DNA of 64,000 nt from the human T2T-CHM13v2.0 reference genome, Homo sapiens, in the NCBI RefSeq assembly GCF_009914755.1, contig NC_060925.1, one strand, 5' to 3'. Positions 14,738-28,350 of this stretch are shown here, in pieces. A program made the translations under genes and the position numbers. The notes below the pieces were generated by a model. The model was not told the origin of the DNA and ran no database searches. It was given only the letters and a program-made list of their open reading frames with translations. Every line of letters starts with the position of its first letter. Position 1 is the stretch's first letter.

Positions 14738-17700
14738 AAAAATTCATCACAGCCCCGCCTGCTTCTGGCTTCTTCCATAGCAAGATGTTGGAGGCTGAGG
14801 CCAGCCCTGGGCCAGTTCTCTTCCACTTTGCTTGGCCTCTTATATAGCAGTAGCTTTAGGAAATACTATTTTCAGACCTGACATAGAGAAATCATCTTAT
14901 TTTTTAAGAGCATTTGCTTCCCTAGCTTTTTCTTTTTTTATTTTTTCCCCAGTGGGAGGAGGAGAAAGAGAAGACTTCATGCCCTGAAGTAGAGATAATT
15001 ACCTTCCAGATTTTAAAACTGCATTCCCACTGCTTATGCCATTCTGATCAAAGTCAATCATGAATTAAGAACAAACTGGGGCCCTCTATTCACTATTTCC
15101 TTAAATAATCTTTCTTCGTCTCCTCTTTGAGGAAAAAAAAATTTAATCCAAATACTATAAACCATAATGATCATGTTTCACGTTTATATTCTCAAAGAAC
15201 ATCAGCATCATTAGGCAGTTAATGCATCTGCCACTTCTCTTGGTGAGGCAGGTCAGTACCGTTCTTCTCTCTGAGCAACAGCCATCCAGGTGCCATGAGA
15301 TTCAGCCCTCACTCATCAACTTGTCATCCATCAGTCACAGAGTCAGGGCTGGAAACCAGGTCGGCAGAACCTCAGATCTTTCCAACATACATAGGACCAG
15401 TAAGGGCCAACGGCCTCCAGAGAAGATTGAGTTAAAAAAGAAAAAGCTTATCAATTAATAACAGGATTTAAGTGGATTGTTCCCATTCTTTAGGAGAGAT
15501 AAGATTTGTGACTAATAAACAGAAAACAGAAAACAATGTAAAATCCAACAGCTACGTTGTATGGCACAGACAATAGAGCTGCAGCAATTCAGAGAAAGGA
15601 GAGGTGATTGAGGAGGTGTGTCCCCGTGGAGTTCTCTTTTTCCCATGGTTTATATCAACTAGAATTGTCATTCTCAGAGAGGTGCTCTGTATTACACAGA
15701 ACACATATACGTTCTACCTAAAGACAAAACAGCGACTACATCCACAGCAAAAGAGAGCACATTAGACACTGGTAAATCGGGCCTCTGTGCCCCTGTTATT
15801 GACTGACCTGGATTTAAGAAATCTCCTATGTCTTAGTTATGGCATTGCTACAAGCCTGTGACCCAGCCTGGATCCCTGCTCTGAAGAGACAACGCAGAAA
15901 GGAACTTGTATGACTTGAAGCATCTTATCATTTGCTGAAATGTGCTACTTCTTTTAAGGAGCCCAGTGTCTCACTTAAGGCCAACAGGGGATGTCAGTGA
16001 ATTTTTTTCAGATAAGACAGAGATGAATTAAGTCAGTGGTTCCAGACTTTGGGATTTTACAGACCCACGAAACATCCTCTCCTCTCCCTCTCAAAAAAAT
16101 GTGAGTGATTCAGGAACCTGTAAAAAAAATTAGGAATTTGTTATTTTACCAAATAAAGGGACTTGAGAGAGAAAAAAAGCAGCAGCTATTATCTACTATT
16201 ACCTCATTTTATTTTTAAAGAAGAAACTTTAACACCAAATAGAGTAAAAGGACCTAATCTCAGAATTCTAACAGATAATACATTTGGCTTAACGAAAAGC
16301 TCACTCTATTTTTTTTTTCATCTCATTGCAGACGGGTGAAAATTTTGCAGTGTTCTGGCACCAACTGCATACCTGCATTTGGAAACCACCGGGGTGAATG
16401 CTTCCTGAGGTCTCTTACAGCCCTTATTTTATAAGATCCCATTTGCCATTTTACCTTTTCATACAAATTCAAGGAAAGCCATGCCACATATCTATCTTGT
16501 TCCTTCAAGCCACAGTGACAGACTGTGCCTGCAGAGGACAGTTCCTGAGGGAACACTTTTATACATTCACCTATCTACTCATTCATTCATTCATTCATCA
16601 TTTAATAAGTACCTATTGACTATCAAGGACTATATTGGGAAATGGAGACGCAAAACGGAATTTCCAAGCCCTACTGACACACAAATCATGAAACAAGGAG
16701 ACAAAGTTGCAGGAAAACCTACAAAAGCGGTGCCGGAGCCCATCCAGCTATGATGATCAGAAGGTGAGGGGGTTTGGGGCATGGGGAGGGTGGGATAGCA
16801 TGTACATGCCACCCGCCACCAAAAAGTACATCTTTCATTATACATACCCCGGTAATGATGCTGAGCTGACAGCAGGCATATCTTCAGATAAGCAGACAAT
16901 GATACATCCCACTGTTCTAATTCTGGAACTGCTATGCCACCTCATTAATATGTGAAAATGTGTTAAAAAGCTGCTGATAAACAGCTGCACAGAGGCAGAA
17001 ATAGTGGCTCCCATCACATTTGCAAGCTTTATTGGCTCTCCAACATGGCGTAAGAAACGAAGCTTTGCCTGCATGTATAAACTGGGTAATTTGCTATAAT
17101 GCTCCACTTTGTTGGTAGACATTTTGCCATATCATGTCTCCCCAACCACAGTTTAAGGACACTTTGTTTTACACAGCTCTGTAAACTGCCTCTTTATTAG
17201 GAAGAACTGTCATGTTGACTAGCAACATTGCTTTAACATTCCAATTTATCAATAAAACAGAAGATTGACTAGCTTCCATGCATTGCACAGTTTCTAACAA
17301 CTGAATTTCTACTTGCTCAGAGAGCATTTGATTAAGAAATTAAATACTAGTTATATATGAATCAGTGCAAGCCCTGAGTTCACTGAGGCCATGGAAAGTG
17401 CAGTTCTTAGGCAAGGGGAGTAAAATTTTATCCTAATCCAAGACCAGCCCAAAGGTTAGAAAAGAGGCTTACCCAAAATGTTACAGCCAGAGCAGATTTT
17501 CAAACCTCAAGGGCACTACTTTCCAGCTCCAGGAGCAAAAGTCCCAATTTACCTGACCTCAGGGATGGCTCTGCTTCGTATTTCTCCAGCTACGCTTCCA
17601 GCTAAAGAAAAAGTCCCACTGAAGCACAATCCAATTACCTCCTTTCTCCCACCACCTCTCCCCTTTCCAGTGACAGATTGATGGGCTCCTCAGGTGCCTC

Positions 17701-19229
17701 CTGAGTGTGTCCTGAGACAGGGAACAGAAACATTGAGCTCACCGAATTGATTTCCACCTGCTACCTATTTAGACCAGGCCTACGGAGGTGATTTTCATCA
17801 CTGACCTCCCCTTGACCCCTCACCCCCTGCCCTACCCAATAGAGGAATTACAGCCTGTTGGGGGAACCCTCTGCTCTGGATAAATATGCTGTTTGCTGTT
17901 TGGTACCAGGTGGCAGCTGCTCCCTTCCTTCTGGGTCGGGGATTATGTATTTGTATAATTTTTATATTATGTTTATTTTCTTGGCAGATGGTTATCTCAT
18001 TATTGGGGTGGCATGCGGGAGAGAGGAAGGGTGTAACTCTAGGGGTATGGTCTGCTTGATAAAAGGCAGATAATAAAAAGGTGGGTTTTTTTTAACACAG
18101 AGACAGCAGAACTATATAATTTAACCAAATGCAAAGAGCCTTGGATCCTGCAATTATCCAAGCAATGCTTGGAACAGGGTAACTTAGAGACTGGATTTTC
18201 TTTCTAGAAGCATTTAGATGACGCTCCTGGCACACACATCTCCTTTGGCCTAGTTCCCCTGGACCCCCATTTCCATCCTACTCCCTTAGAAGAGTGCCCA
18301 AACCAGCTTCTCAGGGTGTCTCCATCTCTAAAAAAAATGTGAGTGCTTCCTGGCAGTGCTGAGAGAAGGGGGCCTTAGAATTGCAAATACAGCATTAACT
18401 TAAAGCCTTTGGTATAAAATTTGACCTAATTAAGACACTAGCGGGGCAAAGCATTCCAATAGCAATTACACAGGTTGTAAAGGGGTGAAGTACCTTTTAA
18501 AACCAAGAAATGCTTTTGCCAGAAATAAGCGCCCCTGAGGGTCAAATGAGGAATTGTAAATGCAGGACATCACTTGCCTTGACCTCAAGTAGGGCGCTTC
18601 CCTTCTCTCAGCTGCCACAAATGTCACTGGCCTGGGGACGAAGCACTAGATTCCCTCTTCCCTAGAACTCCATTATCTCTTTCATGGACAGTTTCTCAGA
18701 AGCTGTGATGATCCTTTCATTTTACCCGCCCTACTAAGCCACTCATCCCTTCACAGATTTTGTTTGAGCACTTACCATACGCCAAGACCTGTATCAGCTT
18801 CTAAAGACGCAGAAAAGGATCAAACTAACAAGAGAATGAGCTCACATGATAATCTCTAGACCAAATATAATTTGTGGACATTTTTTGCAAGTTCTCCTGA
18901 AGTTCTCACGATGGAAAATTATTCACTCAGTTCTGTTTTGAATATTGAGCCCTTATTAGGCATGGGTACTGTGCAAGGTGCCAGAAATACAAAAATAAGT
19001 AAGTTATAATATCATCCCAGTCCCTGAAAGTCATAAGTCTAGTGGGAAAAAATAGGCATACACATAAACACTTGAGACAACAAGTAATATCCCTTGGTCG
19101 TACTTCGGAAAGAGAGGCACACAGAATCACCTAGCTGAGACAGCACAAGACTCGAAATAAAGTTCAGTGGTCCTGCTTGGTATTGCAGTACAGGTTCACC
19201 CACTTTAAATTAAGTGAACAAGAGATAAG

Positions 19230-19570
19230 GGTACAGGCAAGACTGCATAAGTTCAAATGCCAGGTCCTCCACTTTCTATGTGTGGTTCTGGGGTAGTTAC
19301 TTATATTTTCTGTGCCTCCATTTCCTGATCTATAAAGTGAGCTAATCAAACCCCCTCTCCAAGTTGTTTTAAGGATTAAAGACAACATATATAAAGCACC
19401 TGCCTCGATGCTCTCCCAGTTCCATCATTAGCTGTGTAACGTTGGATGAGTTATTTGAACACTGTGCCTTAGCATCTTCCAAATATCTACTTCCTAGGGC
19501 CATTAAGAGAATTTAATGAATAAACACATGTAACCTCTTATATAAAATGCCTGGCACAAAATATCAGTTA
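19230..19570. mobile_element. MIR fragments
   Basis: ttcaaatgcca..tctgtgcctccatttcct..aggattaaa..gcctggcac. Confidence 0.55.
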
Positions 19571-21429
19571 TTATATTGATGTTTTTATTAACCACAAATA
19601 TACCCTCAATGTAATAATTAAAAAGCTTGACATTTTAAATTATGTTCTCCTATTTGAAGAAAAACACCATCAGCCTGGAAATCTGAACTTGAAGAGGATT
19701 TAGGAAAATTGATTAACCTCTCTGGACCATGGTTTTTTCACTGATAGAGCCCCCTCCTGCGGAGCCTTCCTGACAACCTCCTTCCCTGGTAGGCAAAGTC
19801 GGGGGCCACAATAACACACAAAGAGCACCTGGAGAAACGACTATCCTGGGTTGCTCTGGGTCACTTACTAGTTTCCTAATTCATCTGTGAGTGCTTTGAG
19901 GGCTAGGACTTTGATCTCACCTCTGTATCCCATAGAAGGTCCTAAATAAATGTTTGTTGATTCAGCAAGTCCCAAGATTTTAGCTGAGATGTTTGGGGGC
20001 ACTGAGAGATTCAATTGACATACTTAAAGCCAACCATCTAGCTAGCAGAAAATGTGAGCCTGGAACTGAAAGTCTTCTCCTTCTTACTACAGTATCTTCC
20101 CCCAAGACTACAAAGTCAGCATCTACAAAGTGAGAAATTGGGAACGATTGTTTTCTTTACAAATAACTCTTTATTTCAGGGGGTTAATATCAATTACCTT
20201 TAAATTGCAAGCTACTCCAGTGCCTTTAAAAATTAATTTGATTTAGAAAATGTCAATGTATCTGCAACTCGTCAGTAATATACCTGTTGCTCAAAGCAAA
20301 TGAGGCTGGATCCCGACTCACAGTTTTAATTGATGTGTATTATTAGGATGACTAACGCCATCTGTGGGCTTGGGGTTGGTTTGTTGTTGTTGTTTGCAAA
20401 GAGAAGCAGCTGAAAAATTAAATAAAGAAATCATGACTCTAAGGCTCTCATTGGTTCTTACTTAATTCATGGGCATTTATCCAAATACTCAAAGAAGTGG
20501 AATGAAATCTTGAAGCACAAAACTCAAATTATTTTCACTCCAGGACAATGAGGTTTTCTCATGACCCCAAATCATGATTGTAGAACACCAAAACAATGAA
20601 AAACAGTGATTATCTTTTACATTCCAAAATGAGCCCTTAAAACTCAGAGACAAGTTTTAAAAGTCAAGGCCTTGGATTTCTAAGAACCAGTTTGGGGAAA
20701 CACAAAAATTAGCTAAAATTTTCTAGCCAAAAGTCTGGATGTATTGACATAGGATCTGTTCCATCCTGTGCTGGTAAGTGGGACTTTATGGAGTCTTCGT
20801 AGTATCAGCCACTTGGAAGATGCTTCATGGAGAGGCTGTCTTCTGCGTAATCTTCTCTTGGCAATAAAGAGTAATTGCGAGGAAGGGGAAGTGAAAGAGG
20901 CTAGGAGTGGAGACTGGGGAAAAGAGACATTCCAAAATGAGCTTCATGGGATGGCACCCACGTATGTGCAACACACAAAACCATATACACTCCTCACCTG
21001 GGGCCCTTGCCTTCAAACGCATTCCATTGCAACATTCACAGTCCTTTCCTGCCTCCAAATCAAGAGCATGGAGAAGCAGGAAGAATTTCTGCAACGGCAA
21101 TTTGGCAAGTCTAAATCAGATCATCGTCCTTTCATAGATCATGGTGGTATTTGTGATCACAGTACACTATTACCCTTGTTTATCCAGACTTTGTCTGCAT
21201 CCACCACATCTTAAGGCCACTTTAAACTTGGCCAACAGGTATGCTACTCTACACAGCTAGCAGTGAACTTCACTTTCATCTTAGCCTATAGGGATGATAT
21301 AATTTGAACATATTATATACTTCCCTCAAAATTAAATATGTGAAATTCCTATATTATTAAGGGATTGAAGCTACAAAGTTATTTGTACATATATTTAGAA
21401 CAGTTCTCACATTATGCAGAAATTTCTAT

Positions 21430-21795
21430 GTTTACATGTCTGTCTCTCCCACTAGACTGTAAGTATTTTAAGTGTCGGAACCATTTTTGTTGGGAAAACA
21501 GCAATGCCTGACGTGCCATTCAATTAATATTTGATAAATCAGTGAACAAATGTACACATGCCCAGGGATAATGTGGCTAAGGGCCCAGATTCTGAGATCA
21601 GACTACCTGGATTCTAATTCCAGCTCCATCCTTACTAGCTGTGTATGTTTGGACAAGTTACCTCACCTCTCTATTCAGTTTTTTATTCCTAATATATGTT
21701 GAAATCACAATACTATATACTGCATAGAAAGTATACATACATAGAATGCATGTGTCTGACACAAAATACTCAATAAATGTTACACTATTATTATT
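21430..21795. mobile_element. L2 3' end plus MIR
   Basis: cccactagactgtaag; cagactacctggattctaattccagctcc. Confidence 0.55.
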
Positions 21796-24474
21796 GAAAT
21801 TCAGGATGTCTGACCACTGTAGCTACCAAAAGACTCCAAGCATTTATCTGGTTTAATCTCCTAAAACCCCATTTTGTAAGACTTCATTTCATAAGCTGAG
21901 GCATGATTCAATGGCCCTCCAAAATGTGAACGAGTTCCCAGGCACAGGTGGTGGGGAGCAGCTGTTTTCCATCTCTGCTGAGGACCAGCTAAGAGTCTTA
22001 AAGAGCCACATGAGTGATTGGAGTATAAAGTATTAGAAATAGCTTCCTAACGTTTGAGGAACCACAGGCTGAAACCTCAAAGGAAGCCATGGAATCCTGC
22101 TCTATTGAGAATTCTTTAAAAATTGGGTAGGTTAACTGGCTCTCTCTAAGGTAGGTAAGGGCCAGGAAAACATCTCACAGTAAAATAACAAGCAGTTTGC
22201 AAAGGTCAGTTGAGTTTGAGGTAAACTGCTGTTGACCCTGATTATCTGGAAACAGGAATATACAAAAAGAAAGAAAGTATGGGAACAAGATTCCTCTACC
22301 TAGTGCGATTGTAAAGAAAACATTTTCATATGCTGTTAATCCTTGTTCAGAATAACTTTAAATCTCATTAAGAAACCATTTCTAAAGGACCCGAATGAAT
22401 GATGCCTGGTATAAGTATGGCCAATTAACGAAATGAAAACAGGCCGTTGTTGAGGCCACATTTAGGGACAACCTCAGTTAAGTACCTAACATTCTGTTGC
22501 TTGCAGATCATGCTTCATGCAATTTCCAGCTTAAGACAGCAAACAGAAGAGGGAAAAAGTCACTTCCATTCCACTCTTTGGGGGAAAAAGTGAGAGAGAA
22601 ACTCATGTGATTGGAGAGACCCAAATTACACACCTATTATTCTTTTCAAGAAGAAAGAGGGTTTTGCACATTCCCTCTTGGGTAGAAAATCTTCTGATTT
22701 TAGTGAAGAAGTAGATGCAGTCTCTTGCTCCTCTTCTTGGTTACTCAGAGGAAGAGACCAAAAAGAAAGAGACTTTCTAGGGGAAAACAAAGCTAGCAGA
22801 GGCTTTGATCCTGAGCAACCTGAAGCCTGCGAGAGGGCTGAACAGAGAGGACACACAGGTCACTGAGGACTCACGGCTCATTTACAGCTCTATAGCCACA
22901 TGAGGGGATTAGACAGAGGGCTGGAATGGTAACATGTGATAAAGACCCTGAAATGGAATTTAGTGGTTTGTTCACTTTCAAATTATAGAACATTAAGTTT
23001 AAATGTTTTCATATAAATATTGAATTATATGTATATAGCAGAATCATAAATTTGCACACTACTACTCAGCTTTTCAAGGAAAGTGTGGCTCATTTCCTAT
23101 GACTGATCTATTTTTCCTCCAAGCTTGGATCCTGTTAAGAAGCAGGTGAAAAAACAAACTTGCCAATTAATATTATCTCAGGCTCTTCCCTTTCATACCA
23201 TGTCTTTTGATCTTTCATTTTTTGAGAGAGAAAGAGAATTCTGTTCATTCTCTCTCCCCAAACAGCTCATGGTGATGGAAAAGAGGGCTATGACCTTCAC
23301 AGTGTGGCCTATTCATTGCTGGTGGCTGGTCTGGCCCACTCCTGACCTTTTGCCTTTTGGGATACTACTTGTCCCATCTGGCCTTTGGGGTCTTTATGCA
23401 ATTATTCTCTGCTAGAGTCTACACTACAGCAGGCTTCAGGGAGCTCGGAGCTCTGCCTCAGATCCCCAAAGCCAAGCTGCTATGGCTCCCCAGACACATT
23501 GGACACACTGCCAAGCCAAAGCCAGCTTCTCCTCAAGTCTTGCAGCCTCCCTTCCCAAGATTACCAGGGGAGCTAGAGGAAAGGGCCACTAGCCCAGTAT
23601 GCTCCCTTTCATAGCAGTGTATATCTGTCACAACCTGCTCTATTTCCCAAGCCTCCTTCCCAAGCCTCCACCTTATCAAAGGAGAAAACAATATTTTCTT
23701 CTGACAGCTGCACTTGCTTTGTTTCACTACAACAGATTTTAACCAGTTGAAGTTGTAAAATAACCATGACCTTTAGCAATACCACCACCACTACCCAAAG
23801 AACACAGATGGGCAACTAAGAACTGGGAGTGACCCCAGTTCCTCAGACCCTTACTGGACCTAACATTCCTAACCAATGAGCAACTGGGCTTGTTTTAACC
23901 AAGCATACACAGATTAACGACACATTCGGACTTTGCCAGAGTAAAATCTTTCAATTATGAATCACCATAAACACCAAGAACCTCCTCCCTTCCTAGTGCA
24001 CAGAAACCCCTGACTCTTCCTCTTCAGAAAGTATATTCATTGCTCTGTATTCCTTTGGCCTGGGAGGTAACTAAACTCAGTGCTTGCTTTGTTGAGCATG
24101 ACAGTAGCCACTGGTATTCCATGAATTCTCTTAACGGGAGGAGGACATGAGGACACAGGCATCCGACATCTGTGCCTTCCTCTTTGGTCTGCAATCTCCT
24201 CCCCTAAAGTGCTTTATTTCTTGGACAGGACCTCCCCTACGCCATTGCTCCCATGGGCACAAAGCCTCATGGCCTAATGTTGGTGTTAGAAGGGATGCAG
24301 GAAGAGAAACTGACTTGGCAATGACACATATTGAGAAGTATGTTTTAATCATCATTCCTGTCCTATACAGGTATCAAGAACAAAAAATCTATAGTCAGAT
24401 CTGGTAGGCCCAAAAAAAACAGTCAAGATCTTATTAGATTGCAAATTAACAATAAAAGACACTGTAATAAAGTA

Positions 24475-24905
24475 CAGTTGAGCTTTGAACAATGTGGACA
24501 TGATGGGCACTGAGCCCTGCAAAGTCAAAAATCCACATATGATTTTTGACTCCCCAAAAACTCAGCTGCTGATAGCCCACTGTTGACTGGAAGCCTTATT
24601 GATAACATAAACAGTCAATTAACACATATTGTATATGTTATATGTATTATACACTGTATTCTTAAAGTAAGCTAGAGAAAAAACATGATTAAGAAAATCA
24701 TAAGAAAGAGAAAATATATTGACCCTTCATTAAGTGAAAGTGGATCATCATAAAGGTCTTCATCTTCATAGTCTTCACATTCAGTAGGCTGCGGAGGAGG
24801 AAGAAGAGGGGTTGGTCTTACTGTCTTGGACAGGCAGAGGCAGAATAAAATCCAAGTATAAGTGGACCCACACAGTTCAAACTCATTTTGTTCAAGGGCC
24901 AACTG
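24475..24905 (+). mobile_element. Tigger2a/MER28 (TcMar-Tigger), complete
   Basis: TIRs cagttgagctttgaacaa / ttgttcaagggccaactg with TA duplication. Confidence 0.88.
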
Positions 24906-25573
24906 TACCTAGCATATACCAGGCCCATTTCTAAGGGCCTAACTCATTTAATTTTTGCAATGTCCCTGTAGGGCAGGCACTATGATTATTATCATCTTAA
25001 TTTTATAGATGAGAAAACTGAAATACAAGACAGTGAGGTAACCTTGCCCAAAGTTACAGGGTGAGCTACGGATGAGCCAGGATGCAAGACTAAGCAGTGT
25101 GGCTCCTGTGAAACTCACACACTAATGCCACAGCACCACCACTGGATGTCAGCATACCAAATTGAAGGAGCAGCAGCCTTTTAAGGAAAAAAGCGGAACA
25201 GCATTTACTGAGGGCCTTCCAGGTGCAAAACATTTATGCATACATTTTCTAATTTAATCTAAGAGGTTAAAAACAACTTTTTATGGAACAAAATATACAA
25301 CACTTAGTTCAGTTAGTAAAGTGACTGACTTGCATCAGAGGAGCTTTTTGTTCATATTTTTTAAATTGGAAAAATAATAAAATTAGAGTAGACTTAGAAG
25401 TTAAGAGGATCTGTCCCTAGATTCCTCATTAACAAAGGGCTCTTTCCAGCTATTCACACTTGATCACACAATAAAACCATTATTAGAAAGACTTCAGGGA
25501 AGAGACCACCAATGTACTTTCTTCCTCTGTAAAAATCAGCCAGAGACAAGCATTTGCTATAAAATTATCTGGG

Positions 25574-25579
25574 TTTAAT
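25574..25579 (-). terminator. Candidate distal poly(A) signal ATTAAA
   Basis: + strand tttaat, with three UGUA motifs and a U-run about 45-70 nt upstream on the transcript. Confidence 0.65.
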
Positions 25580-25889
25580 TATTATCAACATCAGAACTAT
25601 AGAATATTAACGTACTAAACCTGTATTTACAATTACATGTACAAAAAAAAATGTTCTTTGTGAGGAGCAATTTTCAGCAAATCTGACAAACAGCAAGAGT
25701 CATTCCTATTTTGGGTTTGAAAAGAGAAATGGAAATTTCCAAGACGCCCCCCTCCTCCCTCTCACTCCAGTGACCCTCTGAACATCAATTTGCAAAGGCC
25801 TGAGGTAGAAAGGGAGGTATTAACAATATCAGGCACTCATTCTTCCCCTCTTATGAAAGGGATGAATTTTTAGGAACCGTTTTCCATCA

Positions 25890-25895
25890 TTTATT
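25890..25895 (-). terminator. Candidate poly(A) signal AATAAA
   Basis: + strand tttatt within the 3'UTR. Confidence 0.6.
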
Positions 25896-26615
25896 ATACT
25901 GATGTGCCATCCATCTGCATCATTAGGTTCAGTAGTTACCATGACAATATGATGCCTACAGCAATCTAACTTGATAGCCACATGCCAGAATGTGAAAAAA
26001 TAGGACCAGCTAAGAAAGTGAGAGAAATATAATTAATCTGAACCACATTCAAAAAAATGTGCACAAAACTAGGACCAAGAGGGAAACTGCTGAAATATCA
26101 TTGAAGAGGAAATTATAAAGGGCAGCAATAATCAAGTTTCAGTATAAAAACTTTGCTAAATAGAGCCATGTATTGGTCTATTACTAAGACAGGAAGTAGT
26201 CAAAGTTGGTCTAGAATATTGTTCTGAGCCCCTGCCCCTCCCCCTGCTTCCCATTTCTTGCTACAGGGCCCTGCGGTATCATCTTTGATTCTAGCTGTTA
26301 GGGCCCTAATTTCCCCAAGGCTCTCAAGCCACCACCATAAGTGCCACCACCATGTCACTCTGCTCATGTGCAGTCTGCTATTAGACCCAGACTTTCCACC
26401 TGATGAAATAATTTCCATCATTGTGAAGTTAATCTTAAGAGACTGAATTGTGCTGTGTCTTGAGAGATCCTGTCCTCTTGCCTTCTAAGTGCCCGGTGGA
26501 GGCATCGGGCTAGCACAAACCTCTTGAGGGTCCCAATATGGTAGAGAGGGGCTGGGAGATTGAGAAAAAGAGAGCAAGAAAGTTTCAGTCCTGGGAGATG
26601 AGCCTGGGACGTGTG

Positions 26616-26621
26616 TTTATT
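26616..26621 (-). terminator. Candidate proximal poly(A) signal AATAAA, 1 nt after the stop
   Basis: Minus strand reads TGA-G-AATAAA-CACAC. Confidence 0.45.
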
Positions 26622-26622
26622 C

Positions 26623-26694
26623 TCAGCATGGCTGGGTGGGATAGCGACGCTGAGCTAGGCGATTTGGCCGATTCAGGCTAGTGGCCGTGGGCAG
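26623..26694 (-). CDS. SEC16B: SEC16B terminal exon, coding part LPTATSLNRPNRLAQRRYPTQPC*
   Basis: ttccag|CTGCCC ... TGC TGA. Confidence 0.94.
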   Translation of the reverse strand: MPTATSLNRPNRLAQRRYPTQPC

Positions 26695-27309
26695 CTGGAA
26701 AAGAAGAACAAATATTACACTGAGTACAGCCCCAAACATGACTCTGCCCGCGGTTGATTGGACAGATGGAGCTAGGGCACCCTGAGCCTCTGTGTAGAAC
26801 ATTTCCCAAGGTTGTGTTCTAATTGCGTACCTCCACCCAACCCTTCACCTAACTGTGGTAAAAGAAATTTGATTTTTATAAAGAGAGGAGGCCAAATGAG
26901 ACATTAGCAGAGCTAAGTCTACCCAGATTGCTGAGGAACAGGGAACTTAGCTTCTCTCAAAGTTTCCAATGATCCCTTCATCCCCAGGACAGAGTGACAC
27001 TGCACCCACACTACTGATACCAACACCAACTGTGTCTCCCACATCTCAAGAGCTATTAAAATTTAAACATGATATTAATAGTAACTACATTTATTGACCA
27101 TTTTCTGGGTTCCAGGCCCTTCATATACATATCTCTGAGCTAGCTACTACTAATCCCACTTTACAGATGCAGAAACTGAGACTTGGAGAGGTTAAATAAT
27201 TGCTCAAGAACTCACATATCATAAATGGTAAACTGGGATGATAAACCTAGGTCTCCTTAATCCAAAACCTGTACTCCTGGCCAGCCCCTCCCCCTGAGGG
27301 CTTCCTTAC

Positions 27310-27408
27310 CTGAGGCACCTGAGATGGGTTGTAAAGAGGAACAGCCCCTTTTAAGGCAGGTGGAGGAAGAAGAACACCAGGGTTGGAGCAGAGCTCAAAG
27401 GAAACACT
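27310..27408 (-). CDS. SEC16B: SEC16B exon 25 (99 nt) SVSFELCSNPGVLLPPPALKGAVPLYNPSQVPQ
   Basis: acag|AGTGTT ... CCTCAG|gtaagg. Confidence 0.93.
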
Positions 27409-27544
27409 CTGTGATGGAAAAGCATGGAAAATCCCATCAGTGCCTGCCTCCCAGATTCCAGAATGTCGAGGCCTTCAAGAAGCATATCAGGATTATTTGT
27501 TTTTTTCTCAGTGATTTCTTTAAGTTCCTTATCGACTCTCCAAA

Positions 27545-28350
27545 GGACATGAATATGCATTTCTCAAAAGAAGAAATGGCCAATAAACAAATGAAAAAAA
27601 TGTTCAACATCAATAATCATCAGGGAAATGCAAATTAAAGCCACAATGAGATACCATCTTACTCCTGCAAAAATGACCATAACTAAAATGTCAAAAAATA
27701 ATAGATGTTGGCAAAAGGGGACACTTACACACCGCTGGTGGGAATGTAAATTAGTACAACCTCTATGAAAAACAGTATGAAGATTCCTTAAAGAGCTAAA
27801 AGTAGAACTACCATTTGATCCAGCAATCCCACTACTGGGTATCGGCCCAAAAGGAAAGAAGTCATTACTTGAAAAATACACTTGCACAAGTATGTTTATA
27901 GCAGCACAATTCACAATTGCAAAACGTGGAACCAACCTAAGTGCCCATCGACTAATGAGTACATAAAGAAAATGCGGTATACGTATACGATGGAATACAC
28001 TCAGCCATTAAAATGAACAAAATAATGTCTTTTGCAGCAACTTGGATGAAGCCGGAGTCCATTATTCTAAGTGAAGTACACAGGAGTGGAAAACCGAAAA
28101 CCATATGTTCTCACTTATAAGTGGGGAGCTATGAGTATGTGAAGACACACAGAGTGACATAATGGACTTTAGAGATTCAGAAGAGGAAGGGTGGGAGGAG
28201 GGTCAGGGATAAAAAAAACTACATATTAGGTACAACCCACATCCATGCCAACACTACTTGGCTGGTGGGTGCACTAAAATGTCAGAATTCACCACTATAT
28301 AATTCATCTATTAACCAAAAACCACTTGTGCCCCAAAAGCTACTGAAATG
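27545..28350 (+). mobile_element. L1 (L1MA/L1PB-age) ORF2 end and 3'UTR in intron 24
   Basis: gggaaatgcaaattaaagccacaatgagatacc; ccagcaatcccactactgggtat. Confidence 0.88.

Larger units (their letters stand above)
25550..26622 (-). other. SEC16B: SEC16B 3'UTR (about 1.07 kb to the distal site; 3' end approximate)
   Basis: Unique sequence after the stop, with poly(A) hexamers at 26616, 25890 and 25574. Confidence 0.75.

Noticed and set aside
18430-18600. Three CTCF-like GGGCGC/GGGGCA motifs
   Set aside because: Each has spacing mismatches to the core consensus
20768-21214. 148-aa + strand ORF in unique DNA
   Set aside because: GTG start, no recognisable domain or splice context; length within chance expectation
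23610-24135. Possible old LTR with CCAAT and HNF4-like GGACTTTG
   Set aside because: Family and ends not identifiable by eye; single short motifs are not significant
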